A stretch of DNA of 64,000 nucleotides from positions 1,056,001 to 1,120,000 of the forward strand of contig CBDCTK010000002.1 in NCBI GenBank assembly GCA_965222225.1, given 5' to 3'. Positions 20,600 to 32,798 of this stretch are shown piece by piece. The notes under the pieces were generated by a model that did no database searches, was not told where the DNA came from, and saw only the letters and a program-made list of their open reading frames with translations. This stretch comes from Candidatus Poribacteria bacterium. Its GTDB lineage: Bacteria; Poribacteria; WGA-4E; JAJDTR01. Made by a program: the position numbers and the translations under genes. Each line of letters opens with the position of its first letter. Position 1 is the stretch's first letter.

Positions 20600-23440
20600 T
20601 CATTGTTGAAGTTGCTGCACATGCCGTTCCGCATCTAATTTCCACTGTTCAGGCGGGCTTAACTCAAGAAAACGTCTCCATCGTCCCAAGGCTTGCTGTT
20701 TCTTTCCTGCATATTCATATGTCAATGCGAGATTGTAATTCGCTGTTAGATCTCTGGGATCGAGTTGCAACGCCAGTTCAAATTGCTCGGCAGCCGCCCC
20801 TAAACGATTTAGATTATAGAGCGCATTTCCATAGTTAAGAAGAGTTGGCACATGATTAGGCTCTAATTCGAGTGCCTTTTTAAATGCCACTTTCGCCCGC
20901 CCGAAGTCTAGTAGATATGCATTGTACAAGTCTCCGAGATGCTGGTAAACCCTTGCGGACTCCGGGTCAATTGCGACCTCTGCCTGATAGTATTCAATGG
21001 CTTCCTTGTATCTTTGTTCCCGCTCTGCTATCAGGCCAAGCTGAAAGTTTGCGTCCGTAAATTTTGAGTCCAGCATCAGTACTTTCTGGAAGGATTGTTT
21101 TCCTTTTTGCCACTCATCAAGATCCACTAACGTTAAACCAAGGTAGTGATGCGCATTAGGGTTTTGCGGCTGCAACTTAACTACATGTTGGAAATCCTGA
21201 GCGATTTCGCTGTTACGATATAGTTTATCACCAATCTGTTTGTATTTGCGAGCAATTAACCCACGGTAAAAGTATGCGTCGGTATAGTCAGGTTTGAGCG
21301 CGGCTGCCGCCGTATATTCTTGGACTGCCATCGCCGCGTACTGGTTATAATTCTCCAAAGTCTCTGCATGGCGGGTTAATAGACGTGCGTAGCGGAAATG
21401 CCATTCGTAATTTGTGTTGTCATATTGGTTTGCCAAACCGAAATGCTTGACGGACTTCTCATTTTCTTCCCGTTCCTCAAAAATGGCGGCAAGATGGTAC
21501 TGTACCTGAGGATGGTTAGGCTCAATTTCTAGTGCCGGTTCATAGACCCGTATCGCATTATCTTTGTCGCCCCGTTTGAGATAGATTGCACCAAGTCGAA
21601 AAAATGGAGCCGCATTCAGTGAATCTAGGGTGATTGCGCTCTCATATTTTTCCACGGCGTTGTCAATGTCACCTTTCTGTTCGTATAAGAGCCCCGCTTG
21701 ATAATGGGCGTCGACGTGGTTTGGGGCAAGGCGGGAAGTCGCCAGAAATGCGAGAAGAGCGTCTTCATGGAGATTATGCTCCAAATTAACAATGGCGGCG
21801 AGATAGTGCGTCTCGGCGTTCGTTGGATCGGTGTCAATTAGCTTCTGCAGCATTTTCAGCGCGTTCGGTAAATCACTCCGGTTACGGTAAATCTGCGCCG
21901 ATTGGAACATTGCCTCCGTGTGAGTGGGATCCAATTTGATTGTCTGTTGATAGAGTTTTAAAGCCTTATCCACATTTCCCAGAACTTCATAACTGCGTGC
22001 CAAAAGATGGCTAGCATCAGTGTTTCCTGGAAAGATTAGGAGGAACTTTGTCAGCGGTTCAATTACTTGATTGAACTCCGCTCGATCGAATGCCGACTTA
22101 CCCATCTCAAGGAAATGCTGCTCCAATTCCGGGTTTCGCGCAATAGCTTGTTCATAGGTGACCGCAGCTTTATCTAAAACTCCTAGCTGATAATAGAGAT
22201 TGCCGAGATTTAGATAGACATCTTGTAGCTTGCCCTTTCGGAGTTCAATTTCCAAATACCGTCTGTCTTCCTCAATGAGTGTGACAATCTTCTCATAATG
22301 TCTTATAGCAGATTCTATGTTGCCGGCCTCCGACTCAATCTGGGCGTAATAGAAATGTGCTCGCGGATCATTTGGGATAACTTTGAGAGATTTATCCAGA
22401 AGTGACTTTGCCTCATTTGCGAGCATTAACCCTCTGTGGTACGGTTCAAGTTTGTTAATGAAAAAATCCTTTAGTGTTGGATCGACTTGAATTGCTTGTC
22501 CATAATGTTCCAGTGCAAGATTGCTTTGACCGGTTTCGTAGTAGACCTCGCCCAATTGCACATGAGCCGGTGCGAATTCCGCGTTAACCTCAACCGCATT
22601 CTTGAGCAATCTGATTCCTTCCGATGTATTTTCTTGTTCCACAAAGATTACACCCAGTTCGTATAAAGTTTCTGCCGTAGCAGCTTCGTATTGAGATGCT
22701 TCATTATATTGCCCTAATGCCTCTTCAAAGAATCGTTTTTTGGCTAGTAGTTGTCCAAGCTTGAAACGAGCTGGGGCAAAATTCTTATCACGATCAATCG
22801 CTTCTTTGAATGCCTCCCATGCTTTGTTATCACGCCCTTTTACAAAATGGACCAGTCCTATTCCGTAGTAAGGGTATTTCCATTTCCTGTTTATCTTTTG
22901 CGCTGCCTGAAACGCTTCAAGTGCTTGTTCGTGCCTGTTGAACTTTAAATGGATTTCGCCTATTTTGTAGTAGGCCAAATAGAAATTGGGATTCACATGT
23001 ACACACGTTTTCATCGCTCCCAACGCCAACTCGTACGACTCCGTTTGCTGGTACACGCCGCCAAGACTGAAATGTGCCCAAGCCATCCCCGGATCAAGCG
23101 CGATTGACTGCTGAAATGCCTCCCGTGCCTTGCTTAACCCATCGCTCCCTCCCAGCACTGCATAAGCATAGCCTAACCCGTAATAGTATGGGGCATTATG
23201 ATGTCGATCGTCTTCATATAGGTCAATCAAATTAAGGAGACGTCCATTTTCTTGCCATTTTCTGACCAATTTCCGATGATGTTCTGCCACTTTCTTCTTC
23301 TCAAGGAGAACTTTGGTGTAATCGTTTCTCATATCTTGCGGCCAATTTTCAGCGGCGTTGTTCGACGCCAACGGCGCGACAAATGAATATGCAAGAACAA
23401 ACGAGGTTAGCAAAGTGAAAATTCGATCCAAGGATTTCAT
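20600..23440 (-). CDS. Large secreted tetratricopeptide-repeat protein
   Basis: 946 aa; signal peptide; many TPR units (AHFSLG..Y, AYYKIG, A..LDP). Confidence 0.9.
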   Translation of the reverse strand: MKSLDRIFTLLTSFVLAYSFVAPLASNNAAENWPQDMRNDYTKVLLEKKKVAEHHRKLVRKWQENGRLLNLIDLYEDDRHHNAPYYYGLGYAYAVLGGSDGLSKAREAFQQSIALDPGMAWAHFSLGGVYQQTESYELALGAMKTCVHVNPNFYLAYYKIGEIHLKFNRHEQALEAFQAAQKINRKWKYPYYGIGLVHFVKGRDNKAWEAFKEAIDRDKNFAPARFKLGQLLAKKRFFEEALGQYNEASQYEAATAETLYELGVIFVEQENTSEGIRLLKNAVEVNAEFAPAHVQLGEVYYETGQSNLALEHYGQAIQVDPTLKDFFINKLEPYHRGLMLANEAKSLLDKSLKVIPNDPRAHFYYAQIESEAGNIESAIRHYEKIVTLIEEDRRYLEIELRKGKLQDVYLNLGNLYYQLGVLDKAAVTYEQAIARNPELEQHFLEMGKSAFDRAEFNQVIEPLTKFLLIFPGNTDASHLLARSYEVLGNVDKALKLYQQTIKLDPTHTEAMFQSAQIYRNRSDLPNALKMLQKLIDTDPTNAETHYLAAIVNLEHNLHEDALLAFLATSRLAPNHVDAHYQAGLLYEQKGDIDNAVEKYESAITLDSLNAAPFFRLGAIYLKRGDKDNAIRVYEPALEIEPNHPQVQYHLAAIFEEREENEKSVKHFGLANQYDNTNYEWHFRYARLLTRHAETLENYNQYAAMAVQEYTAAAALKPDYTDAYFYRGLIARKYKQIGDKLYRNSEIAQDFQHVVKLQPQNPNAHHYLGLTLVDLDEWQKGKQSFQKVLMLDSKFTDANFQLGLIAEREQRYKEAIEYYQAEVAIDPESARVYQHLGDLYNAYLLDFGRAKVAFKKALELEPNHVPTLLNYGNALYNLNRLGAAAEQFELALQLDPRDLTANYNLALTYEYAGKKQQALGRWRRFLELSPPEQWKLDAERHVQQLQQ

Positions 23441-23504
23441 CTTACGTCACTTAAGTTTGAACACGGCCCGCAAATGTACGCAAAGCATGTTTATTTTCTA
23501 ATGA

Positions 23505-24434
23505 TTAGTTAGAGACCAAGAAACCATGAACTTGTTCGGCTGTTGGCATTGATGGTGCAGCGCCAAGCACAGTCACCGCCAAGGCACCGGTTGCATTCGC
23601 AAAAGCCACTGCGTTCTCAATCTTCTCGCCACTCGCCAAGGCGGCGGCTAAGGCTCCACAGAATGCATCACCTGCGGCCGTTGTATCAACGACCTTGACA
23701 TTGTATGCGGGTACTAGTTGGCTTTGGTGACTAGTGAGAAGTAGAGCGCCTCGATTGCCCAGTGTCAAGACAATCGTCGAGATGCCTTTCTCAAACAGAA
23801 CTTGCGCCGCAAGACGTGCGCCCTCATCGTCAGCAACCGTGACTTTTGAGAGGAATTCCGTTTCTACTTCGTTTGGAATCAGAACATCTATTAACCTGAG
23901 GAAACTATCTGGTAGTTCGCACGCTGGAGCAGGGTTGAGGATGATTTCCACACCATTTTCCCTAGCGATTTCTGCTGCCCTTTTAGAAGACTTGATGGGA
24001 ACTTCTAGTTGTAGTAGAAGAGCATCAGCATCTGCGATTTTGCTTGACGCACGCTCAACGTCTTCCACGTCAAGGCACATATTGGCTCGGGGAACGATTA
24101 TAATACTGTTATCACCATCCGCATCAATGACAGGTGACGCGACACCCGTACCGACTGCCGCATCTCGGACTACGAAGCTAGTATCAATGTTTTCCCTCGC
24201 AAATTCAGAAAGAAATGTGTCGCCGAACAAATCTGTGCCCAAGCGCCCAATCATGGTTACATCCGCTCCCAACCTTGACGCGGCAATTGCTTGGTTGGCA
24301 CCCTTTCCTCCGATGAACATTCCAAACTCTTCGCCAATAAGCGTTTCCCCTTTTTGCGGCCTTCGTTCGGTCTTGATTACGAGGTCCATATTGAAACTGC
24401 CTACCACAACAACCTTCGGATTATCTTGATCCAT
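23505..24434 (-). CDS. rbsK: Ribokinase
   Basis: VVGSFNMD, GGKGANQA, ILNPAP, PNEVE, DTTAAGDAF. Confidence 0.95.
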   Translation of the reverse strand: MDQDNPKVVVVGSFNMDLVIKTERRPQKGETLIGEEFGMFIGGKGANQAIAASRLGADVTMIGRLGTDLFGDTFLSEFARENIDTSFVVRDAAVGTGVASPVIDADGDNSIIIVPRANMCLDVEDVERASSKIADADALLLQLEVPIKSSKRAAEIARENGVEIILNPAPACELPDSFLRLIDVLIPNEVETEFLSKVTVADDEGARLAAQVLFEKGISTIVLTLGNRGALLLTSHQSQLVPAYNVKVVDTTAAGDAFCGALAAALASGEKIENAVAFANATGALAVTVLGAAPSMPTAEQVHGFLVSN

Positions 24435-24485
24435 CTTTGACCTCCTAGGACAGATGAAGCCGCAGCTTCTCGGCTAGTTCGGTAG

Positions 24486-24514
24486 ATTATAGTCTGACAG
24501 ATGCCGTTTGTCAA
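24486..24514 (-). promoter_or_regulatory. Consensus sigma70 promoter for the rbsK cluster
   Basis: Perfect TTGACA-17bp-TATAAT about 50 bp upstream of rbsK. Confidence 0.8.
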
Positions 24515-24837
24515 TTACGTTAGGTTTCGGTATTTTGCGGCATTTGTGCAAACTAGAATCAAGCAATGGAGCCATAACTAGTGGAAATCTGCACGAAAGA
24601 ACCTGAAACACAGCAATTGTTCCTCAATTATTTGAGATTTGAGGTCCCGTTAACTCGCATTGTGAATGAAGCAGGTATACCTTGAGGATAAAACACTTTA
24701 GAAGATTCGGATGGTAACCCAAATGATGATTTGTCTACCCAGAACCATGAATTAAACCGAATGTCCTAGCGTATGTGTCTCCCTGTTTCAGTCCTTTGAA
24801 TAAGGCGGGCGTAGGACTATCCAACCGAGTTGGAGGG

Positions 24838-25320
24838 TTAAGAGCTAGGCATCGTTGGAACTCCATTGGGGCCTACGAAGAACTCATTCATTTGGTCAAT
24901 GTATTTCTTTCCGTGTTTCAGGAGCGCACGGTTCATTTCGTAGAGTAGGGAATCTGATAGATCGTGGTAGGGATCAACAAGCTTTTTATAGCAATCAAGT
25001 GCACGTCGGAAAAAATCCAAAGTTTCGTCATCAATGGAACCACTTTGCCAGATGAGATAGAAAGAGCGGGATTTGTTGTGTGGAAGTTGTTCTCCTCTGC
25101 TTTCGATGAAAACGTGGTTTATATCAATCACTCGCTGTAGAATCATCGAAAAACAGCTTTTTACGAAGGAGTGCGTCAAACCATCTGCTGCAACATACTC
25201 GTGCTTGCTAGCGGGCAACACCTTTGCCAACTGTGTGAGACACTCCTGCATGGAAGCAAGCTTGCCTTTGACTGGGTTATATGAACTATTCGCCGAATTA
25301 CGATTGTCAACATGTGACAT
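24838..25320 (-). CDS. HepT/DUF86-like HEPN-fold protein (degenerate)
   Basis: Pattern ILQRVIDINHVFI...PHNKSRSFYLI..SG.ID...KKLVDPY; Rx4-6H motif not intact. Confidence 0.55.
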   Translation of the reverse strand: MSHVDNRNSANSSYNPVKGKLASMQECLTQLAKVLPASKHEYVAADGLTHSFVKSCFSMILQRVIDINHVFIESRGEQLPHNKSRSFYLIWQSGSIDDETLDFFRRALDCYKKLVDPYHDLSDSLLYEMNRALLKHGKKYIDQMNEFFVGPNGVPTMPSS

Positions 25321-25689
25321 TCTGAGTTCCCGCTTTCGATTGCTTTTTAGTTTTAATTACCTACTAGTAGTTTAACGATTCCCAAGGGTTTTTCGATTAC
25401 TCTTGGTGGAAAGAATTGACTCTCGCATTGCAGTCGTGCGTCGACAAACCTACGTTGGAAATGTAACAGCAAGTAGTTGCTACTCGAATGATCTTATTTG
25501 ATTCTTTCTCGCTGAATTTGAGCAACAGCTCTTGTCATAACTTCGCTTATTTGTGGCCTAAATTATCGCTGGCTCTTCAATAAATTTTCCCCAATTGCTC
25601 TCTCGCATCAGATTCGTGTGGGGAACGAACCGCGATTTCACATCATATAGTGGGGAAATAGCGGGGACATCGAATCAGAATAAATTTGC

Positions 25690-25718
25690 TTGACACGTCG
25701 CCGAATTTGATGTATCCT
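25690..25718 (+). promoter_or_regulatory. Probable sigma70 promoter for gltBD
   Basis: TTGACA-17bp-TATCCT, about 410 bp upstream of gltB. Confidence 0.5.
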
Positions 25719-26130
25719 TTTATGGAATTTTATAGCGATTCCGCCTCTATCCAGAAGAACATGGCACATCACCACAGGATGTCCCCTTTCTTCCAGCCTT
25801 CGTTTCGTCCAACCATTGAAGCATATCAACGCTGATCTGCGGAATAATGCATATTTCCCCCGTACGTCTAGGGATTAGGCATACTGTAGGATAAGTGATC
25901 TTAGTTGATTACAGAGGCGCTGTTCGGGGGTGGCGCATTTTCCCAATTGAAGATCGCGGCCGGCGAAGGAGAGCAGGTGCTAATCGAACCCGAAGAGTTT
26001 TATGATGGGCAAATTAACTATTTTGCCTACTGAATGGCAGTGCTATACGGCTTCCAAAGTTATCAAATACAGCAGTTCTGCTTCTTGTATCGGCCAAATT
26101 ACCAAGCCGGAACCCGTTTGAGGAAGTGCA

Positions 26131-29100
26131 ATGCAAACATTTACATACCCGCCAAAGCATGGTTTATATGATCCTGCCTTCGAGCATGACAGCTGTGGTG
26201 TAGGGTTTATTGCAAACATTAAAGGGATACGCTCGCATCAGATTATCGTTGACGCCGAGAAGATTCTGTGCCACATGGATCACCGTGGCGCACGTGGTGC
26301 GGAAGCGAACACCGGTGATGGTGCTGGTATGCTTACAGCGTTACCTTATGAATTTCTGAAGCGAGTTGCAGCCGAAGACTTAAACGCAAACCTTCCAGAT
26401 TTGGGTAGATTTGCGGCGGGACTGGTCTTTTTGCCAACCGATGAAATAGAACGGCAAGTTTGCAAGGCAACCGTGGAAAAGATTATCTCTGAACAGGGAC
26501 AGTACCTCATTGGATGGCGAAGTGTTCCGGTGAACTCGGAGGAAGCCGACATTGGTCCGTCAGCCCGTTCCGTGGAACCGGTCATTGAACAGTTATTTAT
26601 CGGTGCAGCTGATCATCTAGATGCTGAAGTTTTTGAACGCCAGCTTTATGTGATTCGTAAACGTGCAAGCCATCAACTGCGCATCAACAGCAACCTGCGG
26701 CAGGCAAAGATGTTCTACGTTTGCAGTTTGTCGAAGAATGTTATCGTTTACAAGGGCCAGATGTTTTCCAGCCAGTTGATGGTCTACTATCCCGATTTGA
26801 CTGCGTCAGATTACAAGTCTCACCTCGCCATGGTCCACTCACGATTTTCGACGAATACCTTTCCTTCGTGGGATCGTGCACAGCCAAATCGTTTTATGTG
26901 CCATAACGGAGAAATTAACACCTTACGAGGCAATACCAACTGGATGAACGCTCGGCAAGGCGTAATGCGAAGTTCCCTGTTTGGAAATGACTTGCGGAAA
27001 TTGTTTCCAATTATAGAACCCGATTGCTCGGACTCTGGAAATTTTGATAACGCCTTGGAGTTACTGCTGATGGCAGGACGTTCATTACCTGAATCGATAG
27101 TAATGATGATTCCGGAAGCGTGGGAAAATCATGAATCAATCTCGCGTGCCAAACGGGATTTTTATGAATATCATTCCTGTCTACAGGAGCCTTGGGATGG
27201 TCCTGCGTCAATCGCGTTCACCGATGGAAAACATATTGGTGCAGTGTTAGACCGAAATGGCTTGCGGCCGAGTCGATACTATGTTACTCACGACGATCGG
27301 GTGATCATGGCTAGCGAAGTTGGGGTGTTACCTTTACCGGCCGAACAGGTGAAGGTTAAGGGGCGGCTACAACCCGGTAGGATGTTCTTGGTCGATTTTG
27401 AACAGGGACGTTTAGTGCCAGATGATGAGCTAAAGCGCGAAATCGCCACGTTTAATCCTTACGGCAAATGGCTGGAGAAACAACGCATTGAGCTGAGCGA
27501 ACTTCCCGACCAGCAAACTGCAGAATGCTACGATATAGACACATTGTTGGTGCAGATGCAAGCGTTCGGCTACACCGTCGAAACGTTGGAATTCATGCTT
27601 ACAGGCATTGTAGAGGCAAAAAAAGATCCGGTCGGGTCGATGGGTAACGATGCGGCGCTAGCATGTCTGTCGGACACTCCGCGGCTGCTTTATGACTACT
27701 TTAAGCAACTGTTTGCGCAGGTGACGAATCCCGCTATCGATTCCATTCGAGAAGAAATCATCATGACGCTCGAATGTTTCGTCGGTCCCGAAGGAAATTT
27801 ATTGGATACGACGGAAACACAGTGTAGCCGCTTGCATATACCACAGCCAATTCTGACAAATGAGCAACTCGCCGCGATTAAGTATCTGAACTACCGGGGG
27901 TGGCGGTCAAAAGTTATTGATATTACCTATCCGAAATCCGATGGAGTAACCGGACTGGAAGCTGCATTGGAGCGTGTTTGTGACGAAGCCGTGATGGCAA
28001 TTGAAGACGGCAATCTGTTAATTGTTCTTTCTGACCGCAATGTCACGTCAGACCGGGTAGCAATTAGTTCTCTCCTTGCTACGGGAGCGGTACATCATCG
28101 TCTAGTGCGAACGGAGAAACGCACTCGTATCGGAATTGTGGTAGAAAGCGGTGAAGCTCGCGAAGTTCATCACTTCTGTTTGCTCGTCGGTTATGGTGCG
28201 GACGCAGTTAATCCGTATATCGCCTTTGAGACGTTATCCCAATTAGGACGAGATGGAGTATTCGACAGTAACTCCACGGATGAAGAGATACGCACGTCCT
28301 ATATTACGGGTGTGTGCAAAGGGATGTTGAAAGTGATGTCCAAGATGGGTATTTCAACATTGGCAAGCTACAAGGGTGCGCAAGTGTTTGAAGCTGTTGG
28401 ACTGAATGATGAGGTAATCGAGCATTGTTTCGCGGGAACCGCCAGTCGCATCCAAGGCATTGGCTTTGATGTGCTTGCCTTAGAATCGCTGCGTCGGCAT
28501 GAACTGGGCTATCCGACGCGCGAAACTGTTCATCTATCTGTGTTGCCCAACGACGGACAATTTCACTGGCGCAGTGGCGGCGAGCAGCACTTATACAACC
28601 CGGAAACCATCATGGATCTGCAAGTTGCTGCACGAACGGATAGTGTCGCCGCCTACGAAAGATTTGCGGATTTTATTAACGACTACAATCGTAATAGATG
28701 TACATTGCGCGGCCTTCTCACATTCAGAGAAGGAACACCAATTCCGTTAGAAGAAGTTGAGTCCGCGAAGGAGATTGTTAGACGTTTCTGCACCGGTGCC
28801 ATGAGTTTTGGCTCAATTTCAAGAGAGACACACGAAACCCTAGCGATTGCGATGAATCGCCTAGGTGGCAAGTCTAACACGGGCGAAGGTGGCGAGGACT
28901 ATGAGCGATTTAATCCATTGCCAAATGGTGACAGCAAGCGATCTGCTATTAAGCAGGTAGCGTCGGGGCGGTTCGGCGTAACTTCGTGGTATTTGACTAA
29001 TGCTAACCAGCTTCAAATTAAGATTGCTCAAGGCGCAAAACCTGGAGAAGGTGGCGAGTTGCCGGGCCACAAGGTCAGCGAGGAAATCGCAGCAACACGA

Positions 29101-30675
29101 CATACCACTCCCGGTGTTGGACTCATTAGTCCACCGCCACATCACGACATCTACTCTATTGAAGATCTGGCGCAGCTTATCCACGACTTGAAGAACGCTA
29201 ATCCATCAGCGCGGATTAGCGTCAAATTGGTTTCCGAGGTCGGCGTCGGAACAATTGCCGCGGGTGTCGCCAAGGGACACGCTGACCATATTCTAATCTC
29301 CGGTCATGAAGGAGGCACCGGGGCCTCACCATGGACATCAATTATGCACGCAGGGTTACCGTGGGAATTAGGGATTGCTGAAACACACCAGACATTGGTG
29401 TTGAACGATTTGCGGTCCCGCGTGCGTCTGGAAACGGACGGCAAGTTGATGACAGGGCGCGATGTTGTCATTGCAGCCCTTCTGGGTGCTGAAGAATTTG
29501 GCTTTGCAACAGCACCATTGATTACGCTGGGTTGTATCATGATGCGGAAGTGCCATTTAAACACTTGCCCAGTGGGGGTTGCAACACAAGATCCGGTACT
29601 TAGAGCGAAATTCACCGGCAAACCGGAACATGTTGTTAACTATTTCTTCATGGTTGCTGAGGATGTACGAAAAATCATGGCTGAACTTGGATTCCGAACA
29701 ATTGATGAATTAGTCGGTCGTGTTGATATGCTTGAGGCCGACAAGGCGATTGCACACTGGAAGGCTAGGGATTTAGACCTGACAAGCATTCTTACACCTG
29801 CAAAGAAACTTCATCCGGGCGTTGAAGTCTACTGCACCATTAAGCAAGACCACGGTTTAGAACACGCGTTGGACAATGAACTGATTCGTTTGGCTAGACC
29901 TGCCTTGACGCGCGGTGAGAAGGTTGTCATTGATTTGCCTGTACAGAACACAAATCGGGTTATTGGCACAATGCTTAGCCACGAAGTATCAAAGGCATAC
30001 GGTTTTGAAGGGCTACCCGAAGATACAATCCACATTGAGCTCAACGGATCCGCAGGGCAAAGCCTAGCGGCTTGGCTAGTTCCCGGCGTCAGCATTGAGT
30101 TGGAAGGCGATGCAAACGACTACACAGGAAAAGGACTGTCCGGCGGCAAACTAATTGTATACCCGCCTAAACACTCAACCTTCAAGCCTGAAGATAACAT
30201 CATCATCGGAAATGTTGCACTATACGGTGCCATTTCAGGTCAAGCATTTTTTCGAGGCATGGCGGCAGAGCGGTTTGCTGTTCGCAATTCTGGTGTACAC
30301 GCGGTTATTGAGGGGGTCGGAGACCATGGCTGTGAGTACATGACTGGCGGACGTGTGGTTGTTTTGGGGCTGACCGGGCGAAACTTCGCTGCAGGAATGT
30401 CTGGAGGCATTGCGTACGTCTGGGATGTTGATGGTAAATTTGCCACGCGATGCAACCTCGGTATGGTTGAATTGGAGAAGATAGAATCTGATGAGGAAAG
30501 CACCGAAGTGCGAAATCTGATTGAACTCCATTGTCGCTATACGGGGTCAAGCGTTGCAAAGCGAATCCTTGACGACTACGAAAATTACATACCGGATCAA
30601 TTCGTGAAGGTCATGCCAACCGATTACAAACGAGTATTTCAGGCGCAGATGCAAGGGCACCCAAAAACGGCTTAG
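26131..30675 (+). CDS. gltB: Glutamate synthase large subunit
   Basis: [42 protein letters not shown]. Confidence 0.98.
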   Translation: MQTFTYPPKHGLYDPAFEHDSCGVGFIANIKGIRSHQIIVDAEKILCHMDHRGARGAEANTGDGAGMLTALPYEFLKRVAAEDLNANLPDLGRFAAGLVFLPTDEIERQVCKATVEKIISEQGQYLIGWRSVPVNSEEADIGPSARSVEPVIEQLFIGAADHLDAEVFERQLYVIRKRASHQLRINSNLRQAKMFYVCSLSKNVIVYKGQMFSSQLMVYYPDLTASDYKSHLAMVHSRFSTNTFPSWDRAQPNRFMCHNGEINTLRGNTNWMNARQGVMRSSLFGNDLRKLFPIIEPDCSDSGNFDNALELLLMAGRSLPESIVMMIPEAWENHESISRAKRDFYEYHSCLQEPWDGPASIAFTDGKHIGAVLDRNGLRPSRYYVTHDDRVIMASEVGVLPLPAEQVKVKGRLQPGRMFLVDFEQGRLVPDDELKREIATFNPYGKWLEKQRIELSELPDQQTAECYDIDTLLVQMQAFGYTVETLEFMLTGIVEAKKDPVGSMGNDAALACLSDTPRLLYDYFKQLFAQVTNPAIDSIREEIIMTLECFVGPEGNLLDTTETQCSRLHIPQPILTNEQLAAIKYLNYRGWRSKVIDITYPKSDGVTGLEAALERVCDEAVMAIEDGNLLIVLSDRNVTSDRVAISSLLATGAVHHRLVRTEKRTRIGIVVESGEAREVHHFCLLVGYGADAVNPYIAFETLSQLGRDGVFDSNSTDEEIRTSYITGVCKGMLKVMSKMGISTLASYKGAQVFEAVGLNDEVIEHCFAGTASRIQGIGFDVLALESLRRHELGYPTRETVHLSVLPNDGQFHWRSGGEQHLYNPETIMDLQVAARTDSVAAYERFADFINDYNRNRCTLRGLLTFREGTPIPLEEVESAKEIVRRFCTGAMSFGSISRETHETLAIAMNRLGGKSNTGEGGEDYERFNPLPNGDSKRSAIKQVASGRFGVTSWYLTNANQLQIKIAQGAKPGEGGELPGHKVSEEIAATRHTTPGVGLISPPPHHDIYSIEDLAQLIHDLKNANPSARISVKLVSEVGVGTIAAGVAKGHADHILISGHEGGTGASPWTSIMHAGLPWELGIAETHQTLVLNDLRSRVRLETDGKLMTGRDVVIAALLGAEEFGFATAPLITLGCIMMRKCHLNTCPVGVATQDPVLRAKFTGKPEHVVNYFFMVAEDVRKIMAELGFRTIDELVGRVDMLEADKAIAHWKARDLDLTSILTPAKKLHPGVEVYCTIKQDHGLEHALDNELIRLARPALTRGEKVVIDLPVQNTNRVIGTMLSHEVSKAYGFEGLPEDTIHIELNGSAGQSLAAWLVPGVSIELEGDANDYTGKGLSGGKLIVYPPKHSTFKPEDNIIIGNVALYGAISGQAFFRGMAAERFAVRNSGVHAVIEGVGDHGCEYMTGGRVVVLGLTGRNFAAGMSGGIAYVWDVDGKFATRCNLGMVELEKIESDEESTEVRNLIELHCRYTGSSVAKRILDDYENYIPDQFVKVMPTDYKRVFQAQMQGHPKTA

Positions 30676-30724
30676 ATTTTCTGCTAAATCTCGCAAGTCG
30701 GGCTAGAATTGAGGAAGTCAATAT

Positions 30725-32224
30725 ATGGGTAAAGCGACAGGATTCATCGAATACAGCCGAAAACAAAGTCACGATCGACCACCGGAAGAACGCATCAAAG
30801 ACTTCAATCTTTTTCATCTTACACTTGATGAGGAAGAACGCAGAATTCAGGGAGCACGTTGCATGGACTGTGGCATCCCTTTTTGCCAGTCTGCCACAGG
30901 GTGTCCAATCGACAACTTGATACCAGAATGGAACGATTTAATCTATCGCGGGATGTGGAAGGAAGCTTCAGACCGGCTCCATAAGACAAACAACTTCCCT
31001 GAATTCACAGGGCTAACGTGCCCGGCGCCGTGCGAAGGATCCTGTTGTCTAGGTATAATCGATCCGGCAGTAACAATTAAAGACAATGAATATGCAATCG
31101 TCAACCGTGGTTTTGAGGAAGGTTGGATTAAACCCACTCCCCCTCAGACACGGACGGGAAAAACAGTTGCCATCATCGGGTCAGGACCAGCCGGACTTGC
31201 GGCTAGCGATCAATTAAACAAAGTCGGTCACAAGGTAACCGTGTACGAACGAGCCGACCGCATCGGTGGTCTGTTGATGTATGGGATTCCCAACATGAAA
31301 CTGGATAAACGTATCGTGCAACGTCGACTTGACATTATGGCAAAGGAAGGTGTTGAGTTTGTTACCAACGCTAATATAGGAGTTAATGTCGACATAGATA
31401 CTTTCCGCCAAGAGTTCGACGCGATTGTGCTTGCCTGCGGTGCAACCCACCCACGTAATTTGCCGGTTCCCGGGCGAGAACTTGAGGGAATCCATTTCGC
31501 AGTTAAATTCTTACACCAAAACACTAAGAGTCTATTGGATTCCAACTTTGAAGATAGACAATTCATTTCTGCCAAGGATAAGCACGTGATCGTGATTGGT
31601 GGCGGGGACACTGGCAACGACTGTCTCGGTACATCAATGCGGCACGGCTGTGGGAGCCTGACCAACTTCGAGATACTTCCCGAGCCTCCTGTCGAGCGTG
31701 CCCCTAACAACCCTTGGCCAGAGTATCCACGAATCTACCGTGTAGATTATGGACATGAGGAAGCGGCTCACGTATTTGGTAAAGACCCACGTGAATTCTG
31801 CATAGTGACCAAAGAGTTTGTCGGGGACGGAAGCGGCCGTGTCAAAATCGCCCATACGGTACGCATTGAATGGACAAAGGATGCCGCAGGTAAATTTCAG
31901 ATGAAAGAGATTCCCGGAAGCGAAGAGGAATGGCCCGCCGACCTTGTATTCCTCGCAATGGGTTTCCTTGGTCCGGACGAAACGCTTGTCAAGCAATTTG
32001 GCTTAGAAACCGATGATCGATCGAATATGAAAGCGGAATACGGAAGATTCGCTACCAGCGTTGAAGGCATTTTCGCTGCTGGAGATTGCCGACGAGGCCA
32101 ATCGCTAGTCGTCTGGGCAATTGCCGAAGGCCGCGGTGCGGCGCACGCTGTGGATAAATACTTGATGGGCTCTTCTGACCTACCGATTCCCGGTGTATCG
32201 CTTTCGGACATAAGCAGAATGTAA
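30725..32224 (+). CDS. gltD: Glutamate synthase small subunit
   Basis: [36 protein letters not shown]. Confidence 0.97.
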   Translation: MGKATGFIEYSRKQSHDRPPEERIKDFNLFHLTLDEEERRIQGARCMDCGIPFCQSATGCPIDNLIPEWNDLIYRGMWKEASDRLHKTNNFPEFTGLTCPAPCEGSCCLGIIDPAVTIKDNEYAIVNRGFEEGWIKPTPPQTRTGKTVAIIGSGPAGLAASDQLNKVGHKVTVYERADRIGGLLMYGIPNMKLDKRIVQRRLDIMAKEGVEFVTNANIGVNVDIDTFRQEFDAIVLACGATHPRNLPVPGRELEGIHFAVKFLHQNTKSLLDSNFEDRQFISAKDKHVIVIGGGDTGNDCLGTSMRHGCGSLTNFEILPEPPVERAPNNPWPEYPRIYRVDYGHEEAAHVFGKDPREFCIVTKEFVGDGSGRVKIAHTVRIEWTKDAAGKFQMKEIPGSEEEWPADLVFLAMGFLGPDETLVKQFGLETDDRSNMKAEYGRFATSVEGIFAAGDCRRGQSLVVWAIAEGRGAAHAVDKYLMGSSDLPIPGVSLSDISRM

Positions 32225-32287
32225 GTCAATCTTCTCCCTTGATTCCCGTCTCAAACTCCTTTCACAACTCACAACTGTATGTAAGCG

Positions 32288-32327
32288 GGCACAAAAAAAG
32301 GCAGCCTTAAGCTGCCTTTTTTGTGCC
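32288..32327. terminator. Bidirectional intrinsic terminator
   Basis: GGCACAAAAAAAGGCAGC-cttaa-GCTGCCTTTTTTGTGCC between convergent gltD and exbD. Confidence 0.85.
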
Positions 32328-32348
32328 TATGTGTGGTTTAAGGTAGAA

Positions 32349-32768
32349 TCAAGTCTCCTCTGAAACCGCTAGAGCGATTTCCTGCCCTTCTGGTTTACTG
32401 AAACGCTGCTTCGCACGTTCCATAACATCTATCACGACTCCGTGTTCCGCCCGTCTGTCCGCCTTAATTATCAGTGTACTAATTTTATTTTCGTTCGCTG
32501 CCAAGAACAAATCAAGATCTTCAAGAGATAGCATTTCCTGATCGTCTACGGACAAACGACCATCTTGACTAATGAAAACGTTGAATTTCTTCCTTGGGAA
32601 TTCATGCTGAGTAGCTGAATCAGGCAAACTCACTGAAAACGGCGGCGGGATACGCATAATTGCCGAAACCATAAAGAAGATTAAGAGCAGAAACACGCAA
32701 TCAATCATCGGAGCCATCGGTATATCTTCATCTCTATCTTTCTGTTTCCGACGTCCACTTCCAGCCAT
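32349..32768 (-). CDS. exbD: ExbD/TolR-family protein
   Basis: APMIDCVFLLLIFFMV with the conserved TM Asp; IKADRR..HG.VIDVM. Confidence 0.9.
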   Translation of the reverse strand: MAGSGRRKQKDRDEDIPMAPMIDCVFLLLIFFMVSAIMRIPPPFSVSLPDSATQHEFPRKKFNVFISQDGRLSVDDQEMLSLEDLDLFLAANENKISTLIIKADRRAEHGVVIDVMERAKQRFSKPEGQEIALAVSEET

Positions 32769-32798
32769 ATTGAAATCTCCTTTCCTAATTGCTCGCGA

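Noticed and set aside
23734-24429. Long antisense ORFs (231 aa here; also 44880-45488, 54780-55337, 31228-31710)
   Set aside because: Shadow frames of well-supported genes, with no recognisable motifs
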